Shown: positions 20,869 through 30,207 of the stretch, piece by piece
Numbering within the stretch: position 1 is the stretch's first letter
Layout of the letters: the number at the start of each line of letters is the position of its first letter
Source of the DNA: Pirellulales bacterium
Lineage (GTDB): Bacteria > Planctomycetota > Planctomycetia > Pirellulales > UBA1268
Length of the DNA: 58,825 nt
Direction: 5' to 3'
Assembly (NCBI GenBank): GCA_041746715.1
Contig: JBGTGN010000151.1
Coordinates: forward strand, 1 to 58,825
Program-made: the position numbers and the translations under genes
Notes under the pieces: model-generated
What the model saw: the letters and a program-made list of their open reading frames with translations, nothing else
Databases searched by the model: none
What the model was told of the DNA's origin: nothing

Positions 20869-22821
20869 TTACCGCGCGGCGACGCGGACGCCGCGGGTGA
20901 TCGGCGGCGTGAACGTCGGGATCACGTGGTTCCCTGCCAGGTCGGCGATGGTGACACCGAGAGGCAGTTCGATCCTGCCACCGAGCCGGATGCCCGCGGG
21001 CGCCGAGAGCCCAGCAGGCACCGTCCAGCGGAAGACGAGCCTGTCGGTGCCACTGCCCGACACATACGGCGCCCGTCGCACGACCCGGCCGACATGAAAC
21101 GCAAGCCGCGGGCGGCCCGTCACCACAACCGGTTCGCTGAATCGCACCACAAAAGTCATGACCTGCCCGGGTCGGTAGAGCCGAGCGGCAGGCGGGATCA
21201 CCGCAAGCACCCGTGGCTGGATCGTGTCGGTTGGCGGCGGGGGTGGAGGCGGATCAACGGGTGGCGGAGGTGTCACACTCGACCCCGCTCGAGCAAACGC
21301 TCCCGGAGCCTGCGGTCCGGTACGGGCGGCACCAAAATAATCAAAGGCCACACTTATGTCGGTGCGGCCGACAGGGATCACGGGCCTTGCCGGTGCGTCG
21401 GACCAACCAAACGCTGGGATAGCCACCGTGCCCGGCGGCACGAACGACGACGCGAGCCGGTAGTCGCCGCGAGCGAAGTCGGCGAAGACGGGTCGCACCG
21501 AGTTGATCGTGTTATTCGCCACCACGTCGGCGGCGATCGCGGTGTTATCGATGCCAAGGGCGTGGCCGACCGGACCGTTCCAGATGAGGTTCCCGCGGAT
21601 CACAAGGCCGTCATCGGCACGGGCGGGCGACGGGATATTCGAGCCTGCTGGCGTCGTACGTGGTGCCGCGACGGCAAACTGCTCCCACCGGCTTCCCGCG
21701 CCATCGGGGTTGTAGACGACGTTGTTGACGATGACGACATTCTTGTTGGGGATCGGTAGCTCGGCACCCACTGTCGCGGGGCCCCAGCCGCCGAGGGCGA
21801 GGTTGGCCTGGCACGTCGCCGAATCACCGTCGCAACTTCGCAGGCCGAAGACTGCTTCGATCACATGGCTGCGACTGCCCACATTCACGAGCGTGTTGTG
21901 GGCCATGAGAATGTTATAGCCGCCGTTCACGCCGAACCCCGCTCCTTCGACGTCGTGGATGAGGTTGTTCGTGAAGGCGATGTCATAGGCCTCGTAGTGC
22001 AGCCACGGCGACGTCATGAACTCAAACCCTGTCCCCTGCCCCGCCGTAAAGCCCCCTGTGCCAGCATCAAAGAATTCGTTGCCCGTGATCGTGAGGTAGG
22101 CCGAGCCTCCCTTGGCATACATCGCCCAGTCGCCTGAGCGATGGATCTTGCTGCCGACGACATGGCCGTATTGCACGCCCACGAAATCAATCGCATTGTC
22201 CCAGGCGCCGGAGATATCGCAGTTCTCGATGTAGACATACTGGCTCTGATTGATCTTGAGCGTTTCTTGGGGTACGGCATACGTCGCGATCGTACCCGTG
22301 CCGCGGATCGTCACGTTTCGCAGGAGGACGTTTCGCGACGACTCGAAGTGGACGACGTCGCCGCCCCCGGCGGTCACGGTGACGTCCTCGAGGTAGAACG
22401 AGCGGACATCAAAAAGGTTGAGCGTTGGGAGAACGACGGTGCCTGGGCCATCGGCCGCGCGAACGATCACCGGCGCCGCATGCGTGCCCCAGCGGCTCTC
22501 CCAGTAGTTCGGGATAACCGACTGCGTATACGCACCGGGCACGAGGTTGATTCGGACACCTTGGGTGAGCGTCGTTCGCACGGGCACTCGCCGCCAGGCT
22601 TCGGTGAGCGTTCGCACGGCCAGGTCGCGAGACGCTCCCGTGCGTGCGTCATGGCCCGATGAGGGATCGACCCAGATATCGACGACATCGGGTGTGCCTA
22701 TGTCGTACGACGGCAAAAGACTCACCGCACTCATCGCGAGTCGTGGTTCGCACTGTTCGATCGCGAGGGGCCGTGATACAGGCCGCCGCCGCCCGCGGGA
22801 AAGAACCCGGGTGGTCGCCAT
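20869..22821 (-). CDS. Secreted right-handed parallel beta-helix protein with a C-terminal Ig-like domain
   Basis: Planctomycete export-type N-terminus (RRRPVSRPLAIEQCEPRLAMS); WVDPSSGHDARTG; beta-helix repeats (YIENCDIS, ITGNEFFD, FTNNLIHD); poly-Pro linker; Ig-like VRFSEPV..YVSGSGT..IADLAGN. Confidence 0.85.
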   Translation of the reverse strand: MATTRVLSRGRRRPVSRPLAIEQCEPRLAMSAVSLLPSYDIGTPDVVDIWVDPSSGHDARTGASRDLAVRTLTEAWRRVPVRTTLTQGVRINLVPGAYTQSVIPNYWESRWGTHAAPVIVRAADGPGTVVLPTLNLFDVRSFYLEDVTVTAGGGDVVHFESSRNVLLRNVTIRGTGTIATYAVPQETLKINQSQYVYIENCDISGAWDNAIDFVGVQYGHVVGSKIHRSGDWAMYAKGGSAYLTITGNEFFDAGTGGFTAGQGTGFEFMTSPWLHYEAYDIAFTNNLIHDVEGAGFGVNGGYNILMAHNTLVNVGSRSHVIEAVFGLRSCDGDSATCQANLALGGWGPATVGAELPIPNKNVVIVNNVVYNPDGAGSRWEQFAVAAPRTTPAGSNIPSPARADDGLVIRGNLIWNGPVGHALGIDNTAIAADVVANNTINSVRPVFADFARGDYRLASSFVPPGTVAIPAFGWSDAPARPVIPVGRTDISVAFDYFGAARTGPQAPGAFARAGSSVTPPPPVDPPPPPPPTDTIQPRVLAVIPPAARLYRPGQVMTFVVRFSEPVVVTGRPRLAFHVGRVVRRAPYVSGSGTDRLVFRWTVPAGLSAPAGIRLGGRIELPLGVTIADLAGNHVIPTFTPPITRGVRVAAR

Positions 22822-22927
22822 TGAAATACTCCATGCACCGCAGCCTTCGCCACGACGCTCCCCAGCCCTGCCCCAAGGAATACGTTACGACACGGCCAGA
22901 AAAAAATCCAGCCTTTGAAATCGGGAG

Positions 22928-23326
22928 TCACAGAAGCAGGACGACGGCCAGCGCGGTGATACCCACAGACACGAGCCCAAAGCCCATCCAACGGGCAAGG
23001 GCTGGCCGCTCGGCATAGCGGTAGTCGATATTTCGGATCGACGCGAGCACGTGGCGATGCTCCCACATGCCCGCAAGCGTGGCGGCTATTCCCAGGACGA
23101 TGAGCGCCGCCCCAAACACGTGCGACTTCAGGGGAAGGAGCGGCCCGACGCCGCCACCAAAAGCGACCGCCATGTGCCCCAGCCGTTCGATCGCGAAGCC
23201 GAGACTGATCATCGCCAGGCTCGTGCGAATCCATGCCAGCAGGGTGCGATCGGCCGCCTCGCGATTCCGCTCACGGGCCAGCTCATTGACGATCGATCGA
23301 CTGGTATCGGGTGTTTCTTCCGGCAT
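22928..23326 (-). CDS. DUF202 / YidH family membrane protein
   Basis: ELARERNREAADRTLLAWIRTSLAMISLGF; three hydrophobic segments. Confidence 0.92.
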   Translation of the reverse strand: MPEETPDTSRSIVNELARERNREAADRTLLAWIRTSLAMISLGFAIERLGHMAVAFGGGVGPLLPLKSHVFGAALIVLGIAATLAGMWEHRHVLASIRNIDYRYAERPALARWMGFGLVSVGITALAVVLLL

Positions 23327-23437
23327 GACAAAATTCTACGCGACGGCGCAAGGCGTGGAGGGCCGGTCATTGTCCGGTTGGATACCCGGCAAGCGAAGCG
23401 GGGCCATGGAAGGCCCGCGCCGCCTGCGGATAGCTAC

Positions 23438-26400
23438 TCACTTCACTTCGAGGGAGATGCTCTTGGAATGAGCGGAGAACTCGGGGGCGTAGCGGCTCTG
23501 AATCTTCGCAAACCCGCTTGACGCGGTGCCCCGGTGGGCGACCCTGAGCGAATATTCGAAGACATGCGTGCCACGCGACAGACGCTCGAAGAAGAGCTGC
23601 GTGGAGGCGTCTCGGATGGCCACATACCAGCCCGCGCCGTCAGCCCACCGCCAGCCCGAGAGCACGTCGACCGGCTCAGTCAGACTCGGCCGATGGTCGG
23701 CCAGCTCCAAAAACTCGTAGTCGCGGTCGCTGGTCACGACCAGCCGCACAACGAGCTCGTCGCCGACTTCGACCGCGACGCCGTCGCCAGCAGCCACAAG
23801 CTCCGGCCCCGCCTTCGTGAACTTCTTGACGAAAAGTTTTTTCTCGATGGCCAGTTCTTCGCGGCCAGCCGCGGGAACCTTTGAGATGTCGTCAAGATAG
23901 AGCCAGTGGACACCGCCGAAGGCGACGCCCTCATCGGGCTTTTTGAGTGTGACCGCGGCCATCGCCGGCGTGATCTCACGACGCACGAATCGCGTCTCGA
24001 AAAAGCCCGTGCCCGCCTCGACCTTGTCGGGCGTGATCGTTTCATCACCCACCGTGACCGTCACCAGCTCTTTGGACGCGAGCAGATTCTTGCCACGGCC
24101 CAAGAGAGCCCCCACCGCGTCGGCAGTCGAGCGGCTGCCGGGCCATGTGCTCGTTCGCTTTTGCGTAAGAAGCCACACCTTCATGGCCTCGACCGAATCC
24201 TTGTCGCCCGCGACCTCATCAAAGGCCTCGATCATGATGGCTTGCGCGGCGATCGGGGCATACGCCCAGCTCCACCAGGATGGATGTCGATCCTTCCACC
24301 ACATGCCCTGCCAGGATTCCTTTTCGTCGCCTGGCTTCACGTCGGCATCAACCGCTCGCTGTTTCAGGCTATCGATGATCGATAGCGCGGTCTTCTTGTC
24401 GCCTGACCGTGAAAGTGCGATCGCAAGATGCCCCTGCGAACGCCGGGCATCGAGTTTCATCCAGCACTTCCGGCCAACATCAAGGGCCCACAGGATCGCC
24501 TCGGTGGCCTTGCCCTGCGGCGGCACGTCTTGGGTGAAGAAGCTGCGGGCATAGAGGGCATAGACGCCGATCGGCGTCAGGACCATCTTTTCCTTGTCGT
24601 CCTTCCAGTGCCGCTTCGCCCATTCCATTTCCTCGATGAGGCGGTTGTCGAGCCATGAAATCGTGGCAACGGCGTGCTGCATTTCGATATCGACGCCAGC
24701 AACGCGGAGCCGGCCGAACCCGGCGATGATGCCGAGCGTGACGGAATCGCAGGTGGTTCCCCCGGGGAACCAGGGCCAGCCGCCATCGTTGTTCCGCAGA
24801 CTCTCGAGCCGCTCGAGGGCCATTCGCACCTCGTTCGTCGCGCGGTTCTTGTCGAACAAGAGCGCGACGCGTGCGCGGGCTTCGCTTTCGTCCACCGCGT
24901 CGCGGACCCACGGCGTTTCCGCGAGAAGCGTTTTCACCAGTTCGGTGTTCTTTTCGAGCGGACTGTCGAGGGCGTCGGTGCCCTTCCACAACTCAAAAAT
25001 TCGCGCGATCGCGGGGTCGCTTGTGGCGATATGGCGGGCGAGAGAATTGGCATAGAGCCGCGTAAAGAGCGTCTCGGTGCTCTCGTCAACGTTTTCCATG
25101 ATGACCGGCAGCGCCATCACGCCGTACCAGGCTGGGTTCGACACCGCCTGCACGACGAGCGATTGGCTCTGGATATCGCTCCCCTTGCTCTTCGCGAGCC
25201 GATCGAGCGACACCTTCCGCTCACCGGGACCGCGAACGATGATCGGAATCGATTCCGTGATGGGTACCCGCCGTGGCAGCACAACGAGAAAAGCTTCCTC
25301 GCCGTCGGATGCCTGCTTGCCCGAGAGCGTGGCCGAACCCGTCGCGAGGTATTTCAAGACCTCGGTGCCGTCGGCCACCTTCACCGTGAACACAACCGGT
25401 TTTGATTCACCGGCGGCGACATCAAACGATTGCTCAGTCGGCCCTTCGATGAGGCTATCGCGAGAGTCGTTCGTGCGGGCGTCAGCGAGTGCAAACCGCA
25501 CGGTCCCGGCGAGCCGACCAGTCGAAGTGTTGCTCACCTTTACCGGGATCTGCACGACATCCCCTTCGCGGAGAAACCGCGGCACCATCGGCTCCACCAT
25601 CAAGTCTTTCACGGACACGCAGGTGTCGACGATGACACCACTGCGAAGCTGTGCATCGTGGGCCAGCCCTTTCACCTGCCAGGTCGTGAGCGTGTCGGGA
25701 AGCGTGAACTCGATCGTGACAATCCCGTCGGCTTCGCTCGAAAGCGTCGGCAGAAAGAACGCCGTCTCGACAAGGTTTTTGCGTGGAGGTGGTGCCGAGG
25801 ATGTGCCCTGATGTGCTGGTTCGGCCTGGCCGCCCCGGCCCTCGGCCTTGTCCATGGCGACCGATGTCGTATTGTCCAGGCCGTTCCGAGATCGGGATGC
25901 GAGGCCTTCCATCGGCGTTGTCGCAGCCTCGGGAGCAGCTTCCGCATTCGCCATCATCGGCATCGGCATCGCTCGTCCGCCGCGTTGCATTCCGCCGTAG
26001 CCAAAAAAGACATCGCGTCCAAAGGGTGCCCCCACCGGCGACCCGAACGGTGCTCGAAGCACGCGAAACGTCATCTGAGGCACGCTATGGTGGCGACTGC
26101 TGAAGTTCCCGTGAATGTGCGCGAATCCTTCTGCGGCATTCGTGAAGCCGAGGTTCACCCAGCCCGATTCACTTCGAAACATCCCCATGAGACCGCCGCC
26201 GGGCCAGGCATGGCCGGCGAGCGCGTCGAGTGACTGGTCGTATGCAAGCGCCAAGAACTCTGCCATCTGCGGCGCTGCCGGTCCGGTGACCGGATCGGCA
26301 GCGCTCATGATCTTGGCCCGCCAGACTTCCTTCGCGCCTGGCTGCGTTCGTCGCGTGAACCGTTCCCACGTGACCGCGAGTTGCTTGTCGGTCCATGGCA

Positions 26401-29400
26401 CCTGCACGGTTTGCGATTCGTGATGAAGCCTGCCATCGCGCACCATCCAGGCCCGCACCGTAAAGCCACCACGGTTCGACGCGATGGCCGTGAACGTGAC
26501 GGGCCACTGCGTGTCGCCCGGCTTCGTCCAGAACCGTTCGAGCGTCTGGCCGCTCTGCGAAATCTCGACCAGCGCCCGGCCCTTGTCATACCCCGTTCCC
26601 ACAATCGCCGTGAACTCGCTGTCGGGCTCGACGGATTGCTTCTCCGACTTCATGACAAACGCCCGCTTGACGCCGTACTTTGTGGCCGCGGGATCAATGA
26701 CCTCGATGAGCGTCGTCGCCTTCACCGCCGGCACGTCGCGGTTTTCCTGAGGAGGAATCTCAAAGGTCGCCCGGTAGATACCCGCAGGCAGTTGGGCCGT
26801 TTCGATTTTTCTCCCCGACGCTGCTTCGGTCTCGACGTCCACACCAAAAACCTTTTCGCCTGCAGCCCAGGTTTCGGGGTTTGCGGGATCGGGCTTGGGC
26901 GGTTCCGGCCGACGGCCACCCGCACCACGACGGCGCCACGGCATTGGCCGCTCGCCGAGCAGGTCACCGCGGTCAACCGCAGCGGGCTGGACGAGTGTGT
27001 GGACCGTGAGCGTACCGTTGGCCGATCGCGGCTTGCCGTCCAGCGTCGTCGTGCCGACAGTGATCGCGACAGCGGCTGGCTCACCGTTCTTCGTCGCCTG
27101 CCAGTCGGCTGTCGAAAGATTCGCTTCGACATCGGTGTAGCCGACGTTCACGCTCCGCTCATCGCTCCTGGTTTCACCACCGGCGTCCGTGACGTCGGCC
27201 ACGACTTGGAACGAGAAGACTGGGAGCGATTCCTTGGGCATCGAGCGATCAGGCCGCGCCGGGAAGGCAATCGTGAAGGAACCGTTTGCGTCGGTCTTGG
27301 CCGTGCCCCGGGCGATCCGTTGCGACCCGTCATTGAAGGGGAGCCAAGGAAACCACCAGCGGCACCAGATCGGAAACCGCACCGACCGCTCCACCCGCCA
27401 TCGCACCGTGGCATCGGCGACCGGAAGCCCCGTGTAGGTCACGGCCTTGCCCGTGAGCGAGGCGTCGCCACCGAGCGGTACCGAATTTTCTGGTGCTGCA
27501 AGCTCCACCTTGAATTTCGGCCGCTTGTATTCCTCGACGCGAACGCCCGTTCCTCCGTTGGCGCCACTGGCATTCGCCTGGATGGACCACTGCCCCGGCA
27601 GGCACCCGGCGGGAATCGGAAAATTCCCATTGAACGAACCGTTGGCGTTCGTCTTGTGCGCTGCCTTCGCCACTTCGCGGCCGTTGGCATCCCGCAGGAC
27701 GACATTGACGTTCACATCGGCCATCGCCGAGTACCTTGCCTCGCGAAACTCACTCCGACAGACGATGCCCTTGTAAAAGACAATCTGGCCAGGGCGATGA
27801 ATCCCGCGATCGGTGACGAGCACGATCGACTTCCGCTCGTCGGGCATGACGTTCTGCCAGATTCCCGTGGGGTCGGTCATAACCGACTGCTTGCTGCCAT
27901 CGATCGTTGCCTTCGCGACGACGACCGTCTCATTCCCCTGATCGGTCGGCATCTCAAAGCCGCCCTCTTTGTCGGTCTGCGTTGTGGCTGTCTCGGCGTA
28001 GCCGTTGCGTTGGCCGTCGTTGCGGCGCACGAAGACCGCGACACCCGCGCCGGCGACCGGTTCACCCGTACCAAGGTCGACAACGTGCCCGCGAAGCGTG
28101 CTCGTGCGTTGCTGTGGTCGCCGCCGGCGTTGCCCCCCATCCACACGTGCCGCCCCGTGCACGATCTCGCGATGGTTTTCCTCGAACATCGCCCGCTGCT
28201 GTTCGAGCACGATCGCCAGCCGTGAGACCTGCACGATCGTCACGTCCACCTCGTTGTCGTTCTCACCGAAGTCGGCCTTGTGGCTCGCGATCACCCAGTA
28301 GGCGCCGGGCTCGAGCGTGGCAGCGTCGAGCACCGTGTCGATGGCGATGTCTTCTGATCGCTCGTGGAAGTCGGGCGTGGCGGGCAGATCGACGGCCGCC
28401 TCGCGGACCGTCGGCAGGGCGAGAACCGCTTTGCGTTCGGCGTCATCGAGCCAGCCTGCGTGGGGCTTGCCGGCGCGAAGTCTCGCTTCGAGATCAACCT
28501 TCGCCAGCCGCAGATGCACCTTGGCGAGGTTCTGGTAGCTCACGCGAACCACCGGGAACGGCGCGTTCCAGACCCGCTCGGTGGAAAACGACATCTCCTT
28601 CGATTCGATATCGGCGACGAGGTTCGCACACTGGGCGCCGCCGTGGGTTTTTGGATGAGCCTTGGCCGCTTCAGCGGCGAGTTTGCGGGCTCGCACGAGG
28701 TCGCCCTCATCACGCAGACCGCTCGCCAGATGAAACGCTGCCTCGGCCGCCATTTCATGATCGCCCGCTCGTTCCATGAAGGCCGTGAGCGCGGCCTCCT
28801 TGCGATCGTTGACGCCTTCGCCAACGGCAGCATCAGCGGCCCAAAGAATGCGATCGAGGTCGGCCGAGAGCCGTGCGGACGGATCGGCGTCGTCGGCATG
28901 AAACTCGAGAAGCGAGCGAAATAGCGCCGCGGCTTCGAGGATGGGTGAGCCCTTGTCAGTGACGCTTTCGTCGGCCTCTGGCTTCCACGCCAAAAACTCC
29001 TCAGGCGTACCGAGGGCCGGGGACGCGGGGTCGAGCTCAAAGGCGTCTTCGGGGGCCATCAGGCCGCGCTCGCCGGACGCAGCGAATGTGATGGCATCGC
29101 GTGCTAGCACATCCCACACCGTGGGCCGGTAGGCGTCGGGCATCGTGCCCTTCTGGATGATCGCGTCCCACTCAGCGACGGGAATTTTCTGGAGCGCGGC
29201 CCGCTCGGGGCTGCCTGGTGCGCCGACGGCATCGGCAAACCGCGCACGAATCGCGCCGACGATCGTGGGTAGATCCCACGCGGCGATTTTCGAGATGTCA
29301 CCTGCGTCTGCTCCGCCTTGTGTCCGCTCTTGGTACCGCCACTGGTTCTGCTGGTAGAAGCCCCAGGTCCAGTTGGCACGGATTGCTTCAAGGACAGCCC

Positions 29401-29797
29401 GCGTCTCGGGCGGAGCCTTCGCGATCTCGGCGGCGAGGCGAACGATGTGATCGGCATCATCCCCGGCCCGCTCCCCCGTTTCGGCAACCACCCGCGTGGC
29501 GATCGCACGCGCCGCCTCGGCCCAGGCCTTGTCAGCGATCGCCGATTCTTCGACGCCGGCGAGTGCCTCGATCGCCGATTTTGGTTTGCCTTCCTCAAGT
29601 GCCTTCTCGACCTTCTTCCAGGCCTCGGCCCGGGTGCCTTGGGGCAAGTCTGCCGCCAGCGCCCGTGAAATCCACTCCATGCTGAAGCCTCCAAGGATCA
29701 TTGCCACCGCCGCGACACCCACCGCGACCACTGCCCCAGCCCGCCCACGAGGCTTGCCGCAGTTCCCGCGCCGACTCACAAATCCAGAACGCATCAT
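23438..29797 (-). CDS. Bacterial alpha-2-macroglobulin family protein (MG2 domain)
   Basis: TDRGIHRPGQIVFYKG (MG2), VEEYKRPKF, RKNLVETAFF.P, LPDTLTTW, PRFLREGD, DGGWPWFPG, YAPEFSAHS. N-terminal hydrophobic signal. Start uncertain (ORF open to 29968). Confidence 0.92.
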   Translation of the reverse strand: MMRSGFVSRRGNCGKPRGRAGAVVAVGVAAVAMILGGFSMEWISRALAADLPQGTRAEAWKKVEKALEEGKPKSAIEALAGVEESAIADKAWAEAARAIATRVVAETGERAGDDADHIVRLAAEIAKAPPETRAVLEAIRANWTWGFYQQNQWRYQERTQGGADAGDISKIAAWDLPTIVGAIRARFADAVGAPGSPERAALQKIPVAEWDAIIQKGTMPDAYRPTVWDVLARDAITFAASGERGLMAPEDAFELDPASPALGTPEEFLAWKPEADESVTDKGSPILEAAALFRSLLEFHADDADPSARLSADLDRILWAADAAVGEGVNDRKEAALTAFMERAGDHEMAAEAAFHLASGLRDEGDLVRARKLAAEAAKAHPKTHGGAQCANLVADIESKEMSFSTERVWNAPFPVVRVSYQNLAKVHLRLAKVDLEARLRAGKPHAGWLDDAERKAVLALPTVREAAVDLPATPDFHERSEDIAIDTVLDAATLEPGAYWVIASHKADFGENDNEVDVTIVQVSRLAIVLEQQRAMFEENHREIVHGAARVDGGQRRRRPQQRTSTLRGHVVDLGTGEPVAGAGVAVFVRRNDGQRNGYAETATTQTDKEGGFEMPTDQGNETVVVAKATIDGSKQSVMTDPTGIWQNVMPDERKSIVLVTDRGIHRPGQIVFYKGIVCRSEFREARYSAMADVNVNVVLRDANGREVAKAAHKTNANGSFNGNFPIPAGCLPGQWSIQANASGANGGTGVRVEEYKRPKFKVELAAPENSVPLGGDASLTGKAVTYTGLPVADATVRWRVERSVRFPIWCRWWFPWLPFNDGSQRIARGTAKTDANGSFTIAFPARPDRSMPKESLPVFSFQVVADVTDAGGETRSDERSVNVGYTDVEANLSTADWQATKNGEPAAVAITVGTTTLDGKPRSANGTLTVHTLVQPAAVDRGDLLGERPMPWRRRGAGGRRPEPPKPDPANPETWAAGEKVFGVDVETEAASGRKIETAQLPAGIYRATFEIPPQENRDVPAVKATTLIEVIDPAATKYGVKRAFVMKSEKQSVEPDSEFTAIVGTGYDKGRALVEISQSGQTLERFWTKPGDTQWPVTFTAIASNRGGFTVRAWMVRDGRLHHESQTVQVPWTDKQLAVTWERFTRRTQPGAKEVWRAKIMSAADPVTGPAAPQMAEFLALAYDQSLDALAGHAWPGGGLMGMFRSESGWVNLGFTNAAEGFAHIHGNFSSRHHSVPQMTFRVLRAPFGSPVGAPFGRDVFFGYGGMQRGGRAMPMPMMANAEAAPEAATTPMEGLASRSRNGLDNTTSVAMDKAEGRGGQAEPAHQGTSSAPPPRKNLVETAFFLPTLSSEADGIVTIEFTLPDTLTTWQVKGLAHDAQLRSGVIVDTCVSVKDLMVEPMVPRFLREGDVVQIPVKVSNTSTGRLAGTVRFALADARTNDSRDSLIEGPTEQSFDVAAGESKPVVFTVKVADGTEVLKYLATGSATLSGKQASDGEEAFLVVLPRRVPITESIPIIVRGPGERKVSLDRLAKSKGSDIQSQSLVVQAVSNPAWYGVMALPVIMENVDESTETLFTRLYANSLARHIATSDPAIARIFELWKGTDALDSPLEKNTELVKTLLAETPWVRDAVDESEARARVALLFDKNRATNEVRMALERLESLRNNDGGWPWFPGGTTCDSVTLGIIAGFGRLRVAGVDIEMQHAVATISWLDNRLIEEMEWAKRHWKDDKEKMVLTPIGVYALYARSFFTQDVPPQGKATEAILWALDVGRKCWMKLDARRSQGHLAIALSRSGDKKTALSIIDSLKQRAVDADVKPGDEKESWQGMWWKDRHPSWWSWAYAPIAAQAIMIEAFDEVAGDKDSVEAMKVWLLTQKRTSTWPGSRSTADAVGALLGRGKNLLASKELVTVTVGDETITPDKVEAGTGFFETRFVRREITPAMAAVTLKKPDEGVAFGGVHWLYLDDISKVPAAGREELAIEKKLFVKKFTKAGPELVAAGDGVAVEVGDELVVRLVVTSDRDYEFLELADHRPSLTEPVDVLSGWRWADGAGWYVAIRDASTQLFFERLSRGTHVFEYSLRVAHRGTASSGFAKIQSRYAPEFSAHSKSISLEVK

Positions 29798-29964
29798 GGC
29801 TGCTCCACAGAAAAGACGCGGCCTGTGTGCCGCGGAGAGGGACTCGGGCAAAAAGTCTACGCCGAAGGGCAGGTAAGACGCACGATTTTCAGGAAAGTTC
29901 CCAGCCGCTGCCGCAGTCTCAGGGGGCGGTGCTGTTCGGCACCGGTGCCCGTGGTGGACGACGG

Positions 29965-30165
29965 TCATGCGCCATGCCGACCGCGGGGCTTTTTGGATCG
30001 CGGCGTCTCATTGGCCGGCTCCGCAAGCCGGCCGGCATCGCGGAGGGCCTTGCGAAGCAGGAACTCGACCTGCCCGTTGACACTACGGAGCTCGTCGTCG
30101 GCCCAACGCTTGAGCGCCTCATGCACCCGCGGATCGAGTCGTACGAGAAACGATGTTCGCGACAC
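29965..30165 (-). CDS. Arc/ribbon-helix-helix DNA-binding protein
   Basis: SFLVRLDPRVHEALKRWADDELRSVNGQVEFLLRKAL; this small family commonly follows SPFH genes. GAGG SD. Confidence 0.88.
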   Translation of the reverse strand: MSRTSFLVRLDPRVHEALKRWADDELRSVNGQVEFLLRKALRDAGRLAEPANETPRSKKPRGRHGA

Positions 30166-30207
30166 GCCAAGTGCCTCCCCATCCGATTTGTGGGTGCCGT
30201 CGCGGCA

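Noticed and set aside
21229-21275. G-rich repetitive stretch
   Set aside because: Explained by the poly-proline linker codons on the minus strand.
26381-28225. 614-aa plus-strand ORF, and similar long ORFs at 32315..33862, 35020..36642, 36700..38163 and 40657..42486
   Set aside because: All lie antisense to well-supported genes and have no recognisable motifs.
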